Positions 45,382 to 55,401 of a stretch of 64,000 nucleotides of DNA are shown in pieces. The stretch spans positions 1 through 64,000 of the forward strand of contig JAIPGM010000002.1 of NCBI GenBank assembly GCA_021735655.1, in the 5' to 3' direction. The notes beneath the pieces are model-generated. The model did not search any database. It had not been told where the DNA came from and worked only from the letters and a program-made list of their open reading frames with translations. Within the stretch, counting starts at the first letter, position 1, and every line of letters begins with the position of its first letter. The translations under genes were made by a program, and so were the position numbers. The DNA comes from Candidatus Omnitrophota bacterium (GTDB lineage Bacteria; Omnitrophota; Gorgyraeia; Duberdicusellales; 4484-171).

Positions 45382-46578
45382 ATGCCTAAAACAGTAAAAC
45401 CGTTAAAGGCTACTTATTATAATCCGGCTATCTTTAAGGACTATTCTAGATTGGTTTCTCCACCTTATGATGTAATTAATAAAGACAAATTAAAAAGTTT
45501 ACGTAAAAAGTCTCCCTATAATTATTCCCGAGTTCTTTTGGCTGATCGAGGTGACTATAAGCAAGTAGCCGTCCGGCTTAAGAAATGGCTGGATTCACAA
45601 ATACTAGTTGACGATCAGAGCGAGAGTTTTTATATTTATGAGCAGACTTTTAAGGTTGAAGGGAAAACTTTTCGACGTTTTGGTGTTTTTTCTCTTTTAC
45701 GGATGGATAAAAAAGGTATTTTTCCTCACGAACATACCTTAAGTGCTCCGAAAAAAGATCGTAAAGCAATAATTGAATCAACTAAGGCTAACTTAGGTCC
45801 GATATTCGTTATCGCTACTAAAGAGCTGAATAAATTAAAGAAAGTCTATAATAACTGTCGTCAGCAAAAGCCTCTCTTTAAGTGTCAAGATAGCTTCACC
45901 GGTTTGAATAAGGTTTGGAAGATTTCCGATAAGCGGCAGGTTGCCAGTATTTGTCAGGATATTTCTAATTCAAAAATAGTTATCGCTGACGGACATCATC
46001 GTTTTGAAACTTCTTTTAATTATTTTAAAAATAATAAAGATAAATTTAAAGATTTAAATTATGTTTTGGCTTATATTACTCCGCCGCAAGAGGGATTAGT
46101 AATTCTGCCTACTCATCGGGTTTTAGCTGCTAATAAATCAACAGCATTGATTCCTGATAAATTAAAGAAATATTTTCGTATTGAGAAAATTTCAAAATCA
46201 GGGTTGGATAAAAAGTTGAAGTCCCGAGGGCCTTTTTGCCTGGGCCTATATCATCAGGATAAATTTTTATTTTTAGAGTTGAAAGATGAGCGACTTTTAG
46301 ATAGAATACCCAATAAACTTTTTCGGCAGTTAGATACTTATATTTTTCATAAATTGATATTGCCGATGTTTAAGTTAGACGGCGCAATTGAATATACCCA
46401 TAGTCTTGCTGAGGCTAAAAAAATGGCCGGTAAAACAAAAATCGGTTTTCTTTTACGGGCAGTACCTTTAGAAACTGTGTTAAAAATATCACGAAAAGGT
46501 TTTAAGTTTCCCCAAAAATCAACATATTTCTATCCGAAAATTTTATCGGGTTTGCTGATAAGGAGGTTTGGAGTTTGA
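45382..46578 (+). CDS. DUF1015 domain protein
   Basis: SPPYDVI motif near the N-terminus. About 400 aa. Confidence 0.55.
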   Translation: MPKTVKPLKATYYNPAIFKDYSRLVSPPYDVINKDKLKSLRKKSPYNYSRVLLADRGDYKQVAVRLKKWLDSQILVDDQSESFYIYEQTFKVEGKTFRRFGVFSLLRMDKKGIFPHEHTLSAPKKDRKAIIESTKANLGPIFVIATKELNKLKKVYNNCRQQKPLFKCQDSFTGLNKVWKISDKRQVASICQDISNSKIVIADGHHRFETSFNYFKNNKDKFKDLNYVLAYITPPQEGLVILPTHRVLAANKSTALIPDKLKKYFRIEKISKSGLDKKLKSRGPFCLGLYHQDKFLFLELKDERLLDRIPNKLFRQLDTYIFHKLILPMFKLDGAIEYTHSLAEAKKMAGKTKIGFLLRAVPLETVLKISRKGFKFPQKSTYFYPKILSGLLIRRFGV

Positions 46579-47411
46579 GAATATTTAAGAAGACTTTTGG
46601 TGGCCCGAAGAAACAGAAGAAAAACATTCCTGACGGCTTGTGGAGCAAATGTCCGAGCTGTTCGCATCTTGTTTTCAATAAACTATTAGAGGAAAATTCA
46701 AAGGTTTGTCCAAAATGCAGCCATCATTTTTTGCTTACTTGCTGGGAACGAATAGCCTTGATGACCGATAAGGATAGTTTTAATGAGATATCAGCTGGGT
46801 TAACCTCACGTGATCCGCTTGAATTCGCCGGCCCTAAGACTTATCGTACTAAACTAGAGGAAGCAACTAAAGCAACTGGATTAAAGGAAGCGGCTGTAGT
46901 CGGTGAGGCTAAAATAGAGGATAAACCAATTGCTTTGGGTGTCACTGATTCTCGTTTCATTATGGGCTCAATGGGTTCGGTGGTTGGTGAAAAAATAACC
47001 CGGATAGCCGAACTTGCTTTAGCTAAACATATTCCTTTAATAATTGTTTCTGGTTCTGGTGGCGGAGCAAGGATGTATGAGGGCATGCTTAGCCTTATGC
47101 AGATGGCAAAAACTAGCGGTGCCTTGGCGAGGCTTAAAGAGGAAAATATTCCCTTTATTTCAATTCTTACTAATCCGACTATGGCCGGAGTTATGGCTTC
47201 TTTTGCCGGTTTAGGCGATGTAACTATTGCTGAGCCCGGTGCTTTAATCGGGTTTACTGGTCCGCGAGTAATTAAACAAACGATAAAACAGGATTTACCT
47301 AAGGGGTTTCAGACTTCAGAGTTCAACTTAAAGCACGGAATGATCGATATGGTCGTGCCAAGGAAAGAGCTGAAAGCAATTTTAGCTAAATTGCTTTATT
47401 ATTTATCTTGA
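46575..47411 (+). CDS. accD: Acetyl-CoA carboxylase carboxyltransferase beta subunit
   Basis: Zinc finger CPSC ... CPKC and the carboxyltransferase GSMGSVVGEK region. Confidence 0.8.
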   Translation: MRIFKKTFGGPKKQKKNIPDGLWSKCPSCSHLVFNKLLEENSKVCPKCSHHFLLTCWERIALMTDKDSFNEISAGLTSRDPLEFAGPKTYRTKLEEATKATGLKEAAVVGEAKIEDKPIALGVTDSRFIMGSMGSVVGEKITRIAELALAKHIPLIIVSGSGGGARMYEGMLSLMQMAKTSGALARLKEENIPFISILTNPTMAGVMASFAGLGDVTIAEPGALIGFTGPRVIKQTIKQDLPKGFQTSEFNLKHGMIDMVVPRKELKAILAKLLYYLS

Positions 47412-47444
47412 CATAAATCCCTTTAAAACTTACAATTTTAACTT

Positions 47445-48548
47445 ATGGCTGAAGTAGTTTTAAAAAATATCACTAAATCTTACGCTAGCGGAGCTGACGC
47501 GGTTAAAGATATAAACCTTAAAGTAGAGGATAAGGAGTTTGTAGTTTTAGTTGGTCCCTCTGGTTGCGGTAAATCGACTACTTTGAGGATGATTGCCGGC
47601 CTTGAGCAGCCAACCAAAGGCGAAATTTATGTCGCTGATAAATTAGTAAATGAAGTTCCGGCAAAGGATAGGGATATTGCCATGGTTTTTCAAAACTATG
47701 CTCTTTATCCTCATATGAACGTTTACAATAATATGGCTTTTGCTCTGAAGTTACGTAACTATTCTCGTGAAGATATAGATACTCGGGTTAAAGATGCTGC
47801 TGAGATTTTGGGAATAAGTGCCTTAGTTGATAGAAGACCGCGACAAATTTCCGGTGGTGAACGCCAGAGAGTTGCCGTCGGAAGAGCAATCGTCCGGAAA
47901 CCTCAAGTATTCCTTTTTGATGAACCCTTGAGTAATCTTGATGCTAAGATGCGGGTTCAGATGCGAACTGAGATTCATAAGCTTCATTTAAAAATTCAGA
48001 CCACAATGATTTATGTAACTCACGATCAAACTGAGGCTATGACTTTAGGAGATCGAATTGCAGTAATGAAGGATGGTGAGATTTTACAATTTGATACACC
48101 GCTGAATGTTTATGATAATCCAGTCAGTAAGTTTGTTGCCGGATTTATTGGTTCACCGCCAATGAACTTTATGAATGGTAAAATGGTTAAAGATGATTCT
48201 GGTCTTTATTTTGACGAAGGAAGTTTTCGGGTCAGAGCTTTAGATGAGATGTATGAAAAGCTAAATGCTTATGCCGGAAAAGACATTATTTTTGGAATAC
48301 GTCCAGAAAATATTTACGATAAACTTTTTGCTTCTTATGCAACTGCCGATAATACCCTAAGTGTCCTTTGTGAGGTTATGGAAACTATGGGTTCGCAAAA
48401 CCATCTTCATTTCTCTACCGGAAAACACACCCTGATAGCTGTAGTTGAAGCCTCTAATAAACCTTCTATCGGAAGTATGGTTGAAGTAGTTTTCGATATG
48501 AGGAAAGTCCATTTTTTTGATCCTTCAAACGAACGTATCATTGTATAA
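47445..48548 (+). CDS. ABC transporter ATP-binding protein (MalK/UgpC-like with C-terminal TOBE-type domain)
   Basis: Walker A GPSGCGKST, signature LSGGERQRV, Walker B LFDEPLSNLD. Confidence 0.8.
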   Translation: MAEVVLKNITKSYASGADAVKDINLKVEDKEFVVLVGPSGCGKSTTLRMIAGLEQPTKGEIYVADKLVNEVPAKDRDIAMVFQNYALYPHMNVYNNMAFALKLRNYSREDIDTRVKDAAEILGISALVDRRPRQISGGERQRVAVGRAIVRKPQVFLFDEPLSNLDAKMRVQMRTEIHKLHLKIQTTMIYVTHDQTEAMTLGDRIAVMKDGEILQFDTPLNVYDNPVSKFVAGFIGSPPMNFMNGKMVKDDSGLYFDEGSFRVRALDEMYEKLNAYAGKDIIFGIRPENIYDKLFASYATADNTLSVLCEVMETMGSQNHLHFSTGKHTLIAVVEASNKPSIGSMVEVVFDMRKVHFFDPSNERIIV

Positions 48549-49800
48549 GCGTAATATTCTTATAAGCTTACCGTTTCTATTAATAACTTCAGTCATTTTA
48601 TCTCTCCATCCCAAAGGGGGACCTCTCTTTTTAATTCCAGCCGCAGTCAGCATTGTGATATTTATAGTTGTCTGCAAGATCCGAACTTTTATTATTTCTC
48701 AGCATCAAGGTGAATTTGAGAATTTTGATGAAAAAATAAATATTTTAAATAAAAGCATCGAAGAGAAAAATAAGATTTTGAACTCGTTTCCTAAAAAAAG
48801 TGAGCGAGCTTCCTTCCTTTTTGATATTTCTAAGAGTTTAATTGAACTAATTGAACTGGAAGAAATTTTTAATTCATTAATTAAAATCCTGGAAAAACTT
48901 TTTCCCGAAGCCGACAGTATTTTGATTTTCAGTTTTGACAAGGAAGGCGGGGCCTTAGAGCTTAAGCACTCTCTGAAACGTAAATTTAATACGATAAAAG
49001 AGAAAAAAGGCAGTAGCTTGGATAACTGGGTATTACATCAAAATCGTTCGCTGTTGATTGAAGATATTACTAAAGATTTTCGTTTCGATGCATCTAAGCT
49101 TACGGCTTATTATGAGCGTCGAGCACATTCATTCGTTTTAAGTCCTTTGTCGGTTGGCCGCAGGTCATTGGGGTTGGTGCGGATTGAAAGCCAAAGGCCA
49201 GGGGAGTTTTCTTTAGACGATTCAAGGCTCCTGCGGAATGTTTGTGATTTGGGCGTAGTGGTTCTGGAGCGTTCAGTTCTTTTTAAAAAAATTAAGGAGT
49301 TAGCCACCAAGGATGCTTTAACCGGACTATTTGTGCGTAGTTATTTTTCAGAGTATTTTTCGAGAGAATTAAAACTTATTCAGCGCCAAAACGGTAGGCT
49401 AGGCCTGATTATGCTTGATATTGATGATTTCAAAAAAATAAACGATACTCATGGTCATGTAGTGGGTGATTTGGTTATAGTGAAATTAGCTGACATTTTG
49501 CAAAAGAGTCTCACTAAAAGATCCGGTATAGTTTCTCGGTTTGGTGGAGAAGAGTTTACATTGCTTTTGCTTGAAATCAGCCTTAAAGAGCTTGTTGCTT
49601 GCGCTGAGGAAATTCGTTATGCAGTCGCGGCAGCCAATTTAGCATTTCGCAGAAAGAAAATTCAGTTTACAGTTTCTTTAGGGGCGGCTCTTTATCCGGA
49701 CAATGCTACAACGCCTACTGGATTAATTGAGGAGGCCGATCGAGCACTCTATAAGGCTAAACGGGAGGGTAAGAACAAGACGTGTTATTCTGGACAGTAA
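48517..49800 (+). CDS. Membrane-anchored GAF-GGDEF diguanylate cyclase
   Basis: TM helices, GAF-like middle, GGDEF core (RFGGEEF, DIDDFKKIND). Confidence 0.7.
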   Translation: MILQTNVSLYKRNILISLPFLLITSVILSLHPKGGPLFLIPAAVSIVIFIVVCKIRTFIISQHQGEFENFDEKINILNKSIEEKNKILNSFPKKSERASFLFDISKSLIELIELEEIFNSLIKILEKLFPEADSILIFSFDKEGGALELKHSLKRKFNTIKEKKGSSLDNWVLHQNRSLLIEDITKDFRFDASKLTAYYERRAHSFVLSPLSVGRRSLGLVRIESQRPGEFSLDDSRLLRNVCDLGVVVLERSVLFKKIKELATKDALTGLFVRSYFSEYFSRELKLIQRQNGRLGLIMLDIDDFKKINDTHGHVVGDLVIVKLADILQKSLTKRSGIVSRFGGEEFTLLLLEISLKELVACAEEIRYAVAAANLAFRRKKIQFTVSLGAALYPDNATTPTGLIEEADRALYKAKREGKNKTCYSGQ

Positions 49801-50750
49801 TAGCTATTGGGGAAGTAATTTTTTTAATCGAGGCTATTGTTTTTTTAGTTTGGTTCCGTAGTCAGGCTAACAAGAAGCGAGAAAATCTGTCTAAACAGGT
49901 TGCAAGTTTAGAAGCATCCGAATTCCAAATAAGAACAAAACTTGATAACTTGGAATCTATTCTTGCTGAGCGTTTTCTTTTTTATGATATGACCCGCCGG
50001 CTCGCTCCTTTACTTGATAAAAAAGAGCTTTTTGCTAATTTTTTGCAAGAGTTAAGCTATCTTGGTCCGATTGAGACAATGGAATTGTCGACAGAAATAA
50101 TGCCCGAGGAGTACTTGAGGTTTGAACTAGGCAAGGGGGTTAGGGAGGTATTGTATTTAAAGACAAGCTCAAAGAAGGTTGCTGAATATGCTTCTTACTT
50201 TGTAAAGATATTGCGTTTATGTCTTGAGCGTATTCGTCTTTATGATCGATTACAGCAGCTGTCTATTTACGATTCTTTAACTAAGATTTATAATCGTCGC
50301 CATTTCATGCAAAGATTTCAAGAGGAATTTGAACGGGCTAAAAAGTTTAAGCATAATTTGGCATTCCTAATGATTGATATTGATCATTTTAAAAAAGTTA
50401 ATGATACCTATGGTCATTTAGTCGGTGACGTAATCTTAAGAGAGGTTGCTCGTTTGATTAAAAAGAGTACAAGAGGAATAGACTTAGTAGCTCGTTTTGG
50501 CGGAGAGGAGTTCTCGGTAGTTTTGCCGGAGACCGACAAAGGCGGCGCAATTATGCTGGCCGAGCGTATTAATCAACATATTAATCGAGCACCAATTAGT
50601 GCTTTTGACGAAAAAATTATAACAAAGGTAAGCGTTGGGGTTGCCTCTTACCCTGAGAATGCGGTTAATTCTGATATTCTTCTTGAAGTTGCTGATAAGG
50701 CTCTTTATAAGGCTAAAATTTCCGGTCGCAATCGGGTTTCTTGGTTTTAG
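49782..50750 (+). CDS. GGDEF-domain diguanylate cyclase (tandem paralog)
   Basis: RFGGEEF, IDIDHFKKVND. Confidence 0.75.
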   Translation: MLFWTVIAIGEVIFLIEAIVFLVWFRSQANKKRENLSKQVASLEASEFQIRTKLDNLESILAERFLFYDMTRRLAPLLDKKELFANFLQELSYLGPIETMELSTEIMPEEYLRFELGKGVREVLYLKTSSKKVAEYASYFVKILRLCLERIRLYDRLQQLSIYDSLTKIYNRRHFMQRFQEEFERAKKFKHNLAFLMIDIDHFKKVNDTYGHLVGDVILREVARLIKKSTRGIDLVARFGGEEFSVVLPETDKGGAIMLAERINQHINRAPISAFDEKIITKVSVGVASYPENAVNSDILLEVADKALYKAKISGRNRVSWF

Positions 50751-50848
50751 ATTAAAAACATCTCAGTTTATACTATTTAATATTATAAATAATTAAGATT
50801 GATATTTTCAGTAATTTGTAGATAATAAGATACTTAAGGAGTTAATTA

Positions 50849-52285
50849 ATGAGCAAAGACTTAGAAAAATATTTGTTGGCGGCTATAGGTAAAGAAAAAG
50901 ATAGCCTACCCAGCGACAATCCTTATCGGGATGTTGGCTTTGACGGGGAGAAACGACGCCTGGGTTGGATACTTCCGGCATCCTTCATAGAGATAGAGAA
51001 GTCCTTAAGGGCATTGGCGCCTATTCTAGAAAACAAAGAAACTTTTATTTTTGTTGGCATGGGTGGCTCAATAAATGGAATAAAACCCCTACTTTCTTTG
51101 TTTAAAAATAAACAGTTTTATACTTTCGACAATTTAGACCCTAAAGCAGCTTCAGAACTTATTTCAAAGGTAGCTGATTTTAACAAAACTTTAGTTGTTT
51201 CGATATCTAAATCAGGCACAACTAAGGAAACTCAGCTTTTAGCTAAAACCTTACAGGAGTTATTTTCTAAAAAATTAGGATCGGACCAATGGCAGAAGAA
51301 CTTTCTTTGGTTGAGCGATAAGCCTTCTTTTGACAAGCTCAATGATTTAGGTTGGCAGGGTGTTGCCAAAACTCCTATTCAGTTTGATTCAGAAACTGAT
51401 ATTGGCGGCAGATTCTCTTCACCGCATACCTGTATTTTTTTCTTACCGCTATTTTTACTTTTAGGTCAAGATTTAGATAAACTGAAAAATGTCTATGATG
51501 ATTTTGTTTCTTTGCAGGAAGCAACTAGGGCGGAGGCCTGTCGCAAGGTTGAACAATATCGAGATACCAAGGAAGCTTACTTTTCTCCTTTAATTGATGA
51601 GATTCTAGGTAAATCTTTTTCTTCTTGGATAGTTCAGCTTTTCCAGGAATCTTTAGGTTCAAAAAGCACCCAACTCGCAGTCAAGACTATAACTAACTTA
51701 AAAGATACAGATCAGTTTTGTTCTTTAAGCTTAGATTTAGAGATTAGCGATAAGGTAGTTGAGCTTATGGAGCAAATGTATTTTTTCCAAGTGTTTATTG
51801 CTTATTATTCAGCTTTAAAAGGAATAAACTTTGTTACTCAGGAATTTGTTGAAAAGTATAAACAAGAGATGGGTCGTTTAGAAGGAGCCAGTGGCGAAAA
51901 CCAGTCGCCGCAAGTAGTAAATTTAGAAGATATTATTAAAGATTTACGGTCGAAGATAACCGAAAGGCAATGCTTTATTGAGGTGGTGCTTTATTTTTAT
52001 CCTGATTCTGAGTTCATTGAGGCGACTAAGTCTAGATTGGAAAAAGAATTCCCGGACAAACAAGTTTTAGTTTTTGTTGGTAGCGATTGGAACCATCAAT
52101 CCTATCAGGCTGCTTTCGGCGCTAAAGATACTTTTTATGTTTTACTTACCTTAGATCAATATGCTCAAAGGGCGTCAGTGGTGAGCGAGGCAACAAACGA
52201 TCGTAACATAGGAGCCTTAAAGCTTATTGCTCAAGCGACCTACCTTACTTTGAAAGACAAGTCAATTTTTTCTGTTTTTAAATAG
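50849..52285 (+). CDS. pgi: Glucose-6-phosphate isomerase-like SIS-domain protein
   Basis: FVGMGGSINGIK and ISKSGTTKET SIS motifs. Confidence 0.55.
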   Translation: MSKDLEKYLLAAIGKEKDSLPSDNPYRDVGFDGEKRRLGWILPASFIEIEKSLRALAPILENKETFIFVGMGGSINGIKPLLSLFKNKQFYTFDNLDPKAASELISKVADFNKTLVVSISKSGTTKETQLLAKTLQELFSKKLGSDQWQKNFLWLSDKPSFDKLNDLGWQGVAKTPIQFDSETDIGGRFSSPHTCIFFLPLFLLLGQDLDKLKNVYDDFVSLQEATRAEACRKVEQYRDTKEAYFSPLIDEILGKSFSSWIVQLFQESLGSKSTQLAVKTITNLKDTDQFCSLSLDLEISDKVVELMEQMYFFQVFIAYYSALKGINFVTQEFVEKYKQEMGRLEGASGENQSPQVVNLEDIIKDLRSKITERQCFIEVVLYFYPDSEFIEATKSRLEKEFPDKQVLVFVGSDWNHQSYQAAFGAKDTFYVLLTLDQYAQRASVVSEATNDRNIGALKLIAQATYLTLKDKSIFSVFK

Positions 52286-52301
52286 TTATTAAGGAGGATT
52301 T

Positions 52302-53258
52302 ATGGATGAAATTATCAAGAAACTATGGGGTCGGGCAAAAAGTGATCCTAAGGTAATAGTTTTTCCGGAAAGCCAGGATGAACGAGTTATTGAGGCGGTT
52401 AAGCGCATTGAACAGGAAAAAATAGCCAAACCTTTACTACTTACTCCGGATAATCTTAAGCCAGAACATCAGGAAGAGTTTGCTAGTATTTTTTTTGAAC
52501 GCAAGAAGGCAAAAGGGGTTACTTTTGAAGAGGCCCGAGAGCTCATGAATAATCCTTTATACTATGGGGCGATGATGACTCGCTATGGCAGCGCCGATGG
52601 TCTTGTTGCCGGAGCCGCATACACCACTTCCTCGGTTTTAAGAGCAGTCCTTGGCTGTTTGGAGATTGATAAGAGTGCGGGGGTGCTTTCTAGTGCTTTT
52701 ATCATGATTGTTCCTAATTGTTCTTATGGTGAGAATGGTGTTTTTGTTTTTGCTGACTGTAGTGTGATACCTCAGCCGAGCAGCGGGCAGCTTGCAAATA
52801 TTGCTATTTCCAGCGCTAGATTTACAAGTAAAGTACTTGGGGTTACACCTCGGGTTGCATTTTTAAGTTTTTCAACCAAAGGAAGCGCTAAGAATAAGTC
52901 AATTCAAAAGGTGAAAGAGGCGGTCGAAATTGCCAAATCTAAGAATAGTGGATTTTCAATTGATGGAGAGCTTCAGGCTGACAGTGCTTTAGTACCTGAA
53001 ATTGCCGCCAGAAAGCTTAGTGAAAGTGAAGTTGCCGGAAGAGCTAATGTTTTAATTTTCCCCGATTTAGATTCCGGAAATATTTGCTATAAGCTGACCC
53101 AGCGTTTAGCCAATGCTAGAGCGATTGGCCCGATTATTTTAGGAACCGTGCAACCTTGTAGTGATTTATCGCGCGGCTGTGACGTTAATGATATCGTTGA
53201 CTGTGCTGCAGTTACCGTAATAAGAGCTCAGGAAAAAAGCAAAACAGCTAAGAGATAA
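52302..53258 (+). CDS. pta: Phosphate acetyltransferase (short, Pta-domain only)
   Basis: Pta/Ptb fold motifs (GRANVLIFPDLDSGNICYKL). Adjacent to the kinase gene. Confidence 0.7.
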   Translation: MDEIIKKLWGRAKSDPKVIVFPESQDERVIEAVKRIEQEKIAKPLLLTPDNLKPEHQEEFASIFFERKKAKGVTFEEARELMNNPLYYGAMMTRYGSADGLVAGAAYTTSSVLRAVLGCLEIDKSAGVLSSAFIMIVPNCSYGENGVFVFADCSVIPQPSSGQLANIAISSARFTSKVLGVTPRVAFLSFSTKGSAKNKSIQKVKEAVEIAKSKNSGFSIDGELQADSALVPEIAARKLSESEVAGRANVLIFPDLDSGNICYKLTQRLANARAIGPIILGTVQPCSDLSRGCDVNDIVDCAAVTVIRAQEKSKTAKR

Positions 53259-53268
53259 GAGAGTCGGT

Positions 53269-54375
53269 ATGAAAATATTGGTCATAAATTGTGGTAGCTC
53301 ATCAATAAAGTATAAGCTTTACACTAAAGGCAGCGATCGGCCGTTAGCTAAAGGTCTTATTGAAAAAATAGGTGAAAAAGGTTCAAGCGTAAAAAATCAT
53401 AGCCAGGGGATTAAGAATCTTGTTTCGGATATTCTTGAGAGCAAAATTATTAGCAGTCTAGACGAGATTAAGGTAATTGGCCATAGGGTTGTTCACGGGG
53501 CAGAGACTTTTAGGCAGCCTCATTTGATTGATTCAAGAGTAATTAAAAAAATTAAGCAGTGCTCATCCTTGGCGCCGCTTCATAATCCGGCTAATCTAGC
53601 TGGAATTTTTGGCTGTCGGAAGTTATTTCCTCAGATACCACAGGTAGCAGTTTTTGATACTGCTTTTCATCAGAGTATATCCAAAATTGCCTATACGTAT
53701 GCTATAAACAATAGTTATTATAAGAAACATAAGGTAAGAAAATATGGATTCCATGGAAGCTCGCACCAGTTTGTCGCTAATCAAGCAGCTAAGCTTCTTA
53801 AACGCCGATTATCCAAGTTAAAGTTAATTACTTGTCACTTAGGGAACGGTTGCAGTATAGCTGCTATTGATAAAGGTAAATGCGTAGATACTTCGATGGG
53901 TTTTACTCCCCTAGAGGGCTTAGTGATGGGAACTCGTTCCGGCGATATAGATGTAGCTGCTGTTTTTTATATTATGAAGAAGGAAAAGCTATCGGTCTCA
54001 GAAATGGATCGGATTTTAAATAAAGAAAGTGGGCTTCTAGGTGTTTCAGGGATAAGTAATGATTTTCGTTTGATTCAAAAGGCAATGGTTCGAGGTTCAA
54101 AGAGTGCTAAATTAGCTTATCAGGTTTTTGTTCATAGAATCAAAAAATATATCGGAGCTTATCTTTTTATTTTAGGCGGAGCCGACGCGATCTGTCTTAC
54201 CGGAGGCATTGGTGAGAACTCTCAAAGAGTGATCGATGGTTTAAGAAGGGATGTTTCAAAGTTTTTAAGAAAGAAAACAGAAGTTTTAGTTATCCCTACT
54301 GATGAAGAGCTAATGATAGCGCACTTGGCTTTAGAAACCGTAAAGCCAAAATTAAAAAAGAGGAAGAAAAAATGA
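53269..54375 (+). CDS. ackA: Acetate (or butyrate) kinase
   Basis: MKILVINCGSSSIKYKLY ... GFHGSSH. Confidence 0.8.
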   Translation: MKILVINCGSSSIKYKLYTKGSDRPLAKGLIEKIGEKGSSVKNHSQGIKNLVSDILESKIISSLDEIKVIGHRVVHGAETFRQPHLIDSRVIKKIKQCSSLAPLHNPANLAGIFGCRKLFPQIPQVAVFDTAFHQSISKIAYTYAINNSYYKKHKVRKYGFHGSSHQFVANQAAKLLKRRLSKLKLITCHLGNGCSIAAIDKGKCVDTSMGFTPLEGLVMGTRSGDIDVAAVFYIMKKEKLSVSEMDRILNKESGLLGVSGISNDFRLIQKAMVRGSKSAKLAYQVFVHRIKKYIGAYLFILGGADAICLTGGIGENSQRVIDGLRRDVSKFLRKKTEVLVIPTDEELMIAHLALETVKPKLKKRKKK

Positions 54376-54734
54376 TGAGGACAATGCTTAAATCAAAAGT
54401 TAGCTATGCAGTTTTAACTGATTTGCAGCTTTATTACAAAGGGAGTATAACTGTTGATCAGGCGATAATGGAAGCTGCCAATTTAAAGGAAGGCGAGCAG
54501 GTCGATGTCTTAAATGTGAACACCGGCGGACGTCTGCAGACTTATGTAATTAAGGGTGAAAAAAACAGCGGTACGATTTGTTTGAATGGGCCGGCGGCAC
54601 GTTTGGGATTTAAAGGCGACAAAATTATAATTATTTCGTATGCGGCCTATTCTGAAGAAGAGTTAAAAGGCTTTAAATCACAGTACGTGGAGTTAGATGA
54701 GCAAAACAAAATTAAGAATACATACCTGGCCTGA
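54372..54734 (+). CDS. panD: Aspartate 1-decarboxylase (pyruvoyl-dependent)
   Basis: MLKSKVSYAVLTDLQLYYKGSITVD with the Gly-Ser self-cleavage site. Confidence 0.8.
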   Translation: MMRTMLKSKVSYAVLTDLQLYYKGSITVDQAIMEAANLKEGEQVDVLNVNTGGRLQTYVIKGEKNSGTICLNGPAARLGFKGDKIIIISYAAYSEEELKGFKSQYVELDEQNKIKNTYLA

Positions 54735-55227
54735 GAAGATTTTACGCAAGAAGTGCAAAAAAATTAAGGTGGTTGACGATTCGATACGTTCCCAGCTTTC
54801 GGAGATGTTGACCTTAATGCGGGTGACTGATGGCTTTGGTTTAGCCGGAAATCAGGCGGGCTTAGACGCTTCTTTAATCGTGGTTGGGATTGAGGATAGC
54901 GTATTTAAGCTGGTTAATCCTAAAATTATAAAGCGGGAAGGGTCGATATCTTTCCCTGAGGGATGCTTAAGTTTTCCTGGCTTAGAGATGGAGGTTAAGA
55001 GGGATAATAAAATTTTGATTTCTGCCTTGAATGAGAACGGCAAGAAAGTCGAGATTGAAGTCGAAGGGGTGCTTTCAGTTATTTTTCAGCATGAAATTGA
55101 CCATATCGAGGGAAAAGTTTTTATTGATCGAGTTTCTTTTTTGAAAAGATTGCAGATTGCTCCCAAGCTAGCAGCGATTACCAGGAGGACAAGAAATGTC
55201 TTGCGAAAACAAGAAAAAAAACACTGA
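54697..55227 (+). CDS. def: Peptide deformylase
   Basis: GLAGNQ, EGCLSFPG, QHEIDHIEG. Confidence 0.9.
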   Translation: MSKTKLRIHTWPEKILRKKCKKIKVVDDSIRSQLSEMLTLMRVTDGFGLAGNQAGLDASLIVVGIEDSVFKLVNPKIIKREGSISFPEGCLSFPGLEMEVKRDNKILISALNENGKKVEIEVEGVLSVIFQHEIDHIEGKVFIDRVSFLKRLQIAPKLAAITRRTRNVLRKQEKKH

Positions 55228-55396
55228 TTTTTGTAGTTGCAGTTATCCTGGTTGTCCGCGAAAAGGGGTTTGTTGTGAGTGTCTGCAGTATCATTTAGCT
55301 AATAATGAAATTCCCGGATGTCTTTTCCCGCCTGAGGCTGAAAAAACCTACAATCGTTCGAGAGACTATTTTATTTCTATTTGTAAGGATAAATAA
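55196..55396 (+). CDS. Small Cys-rich protein (9 Cys in 66 aa)
   Basis: CSCSYPGCPRKGVCCECLQYH. No known motif assigned. Confidence 0.4.
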   Translation: MSCENKKKNTDFCSCSYPGCPRKGVCCECLQYHLANNEIPGCLFPPEAEKTYNRSRDYFISICKDK

Positions 55397-55401
55397 TAAC
55401 A

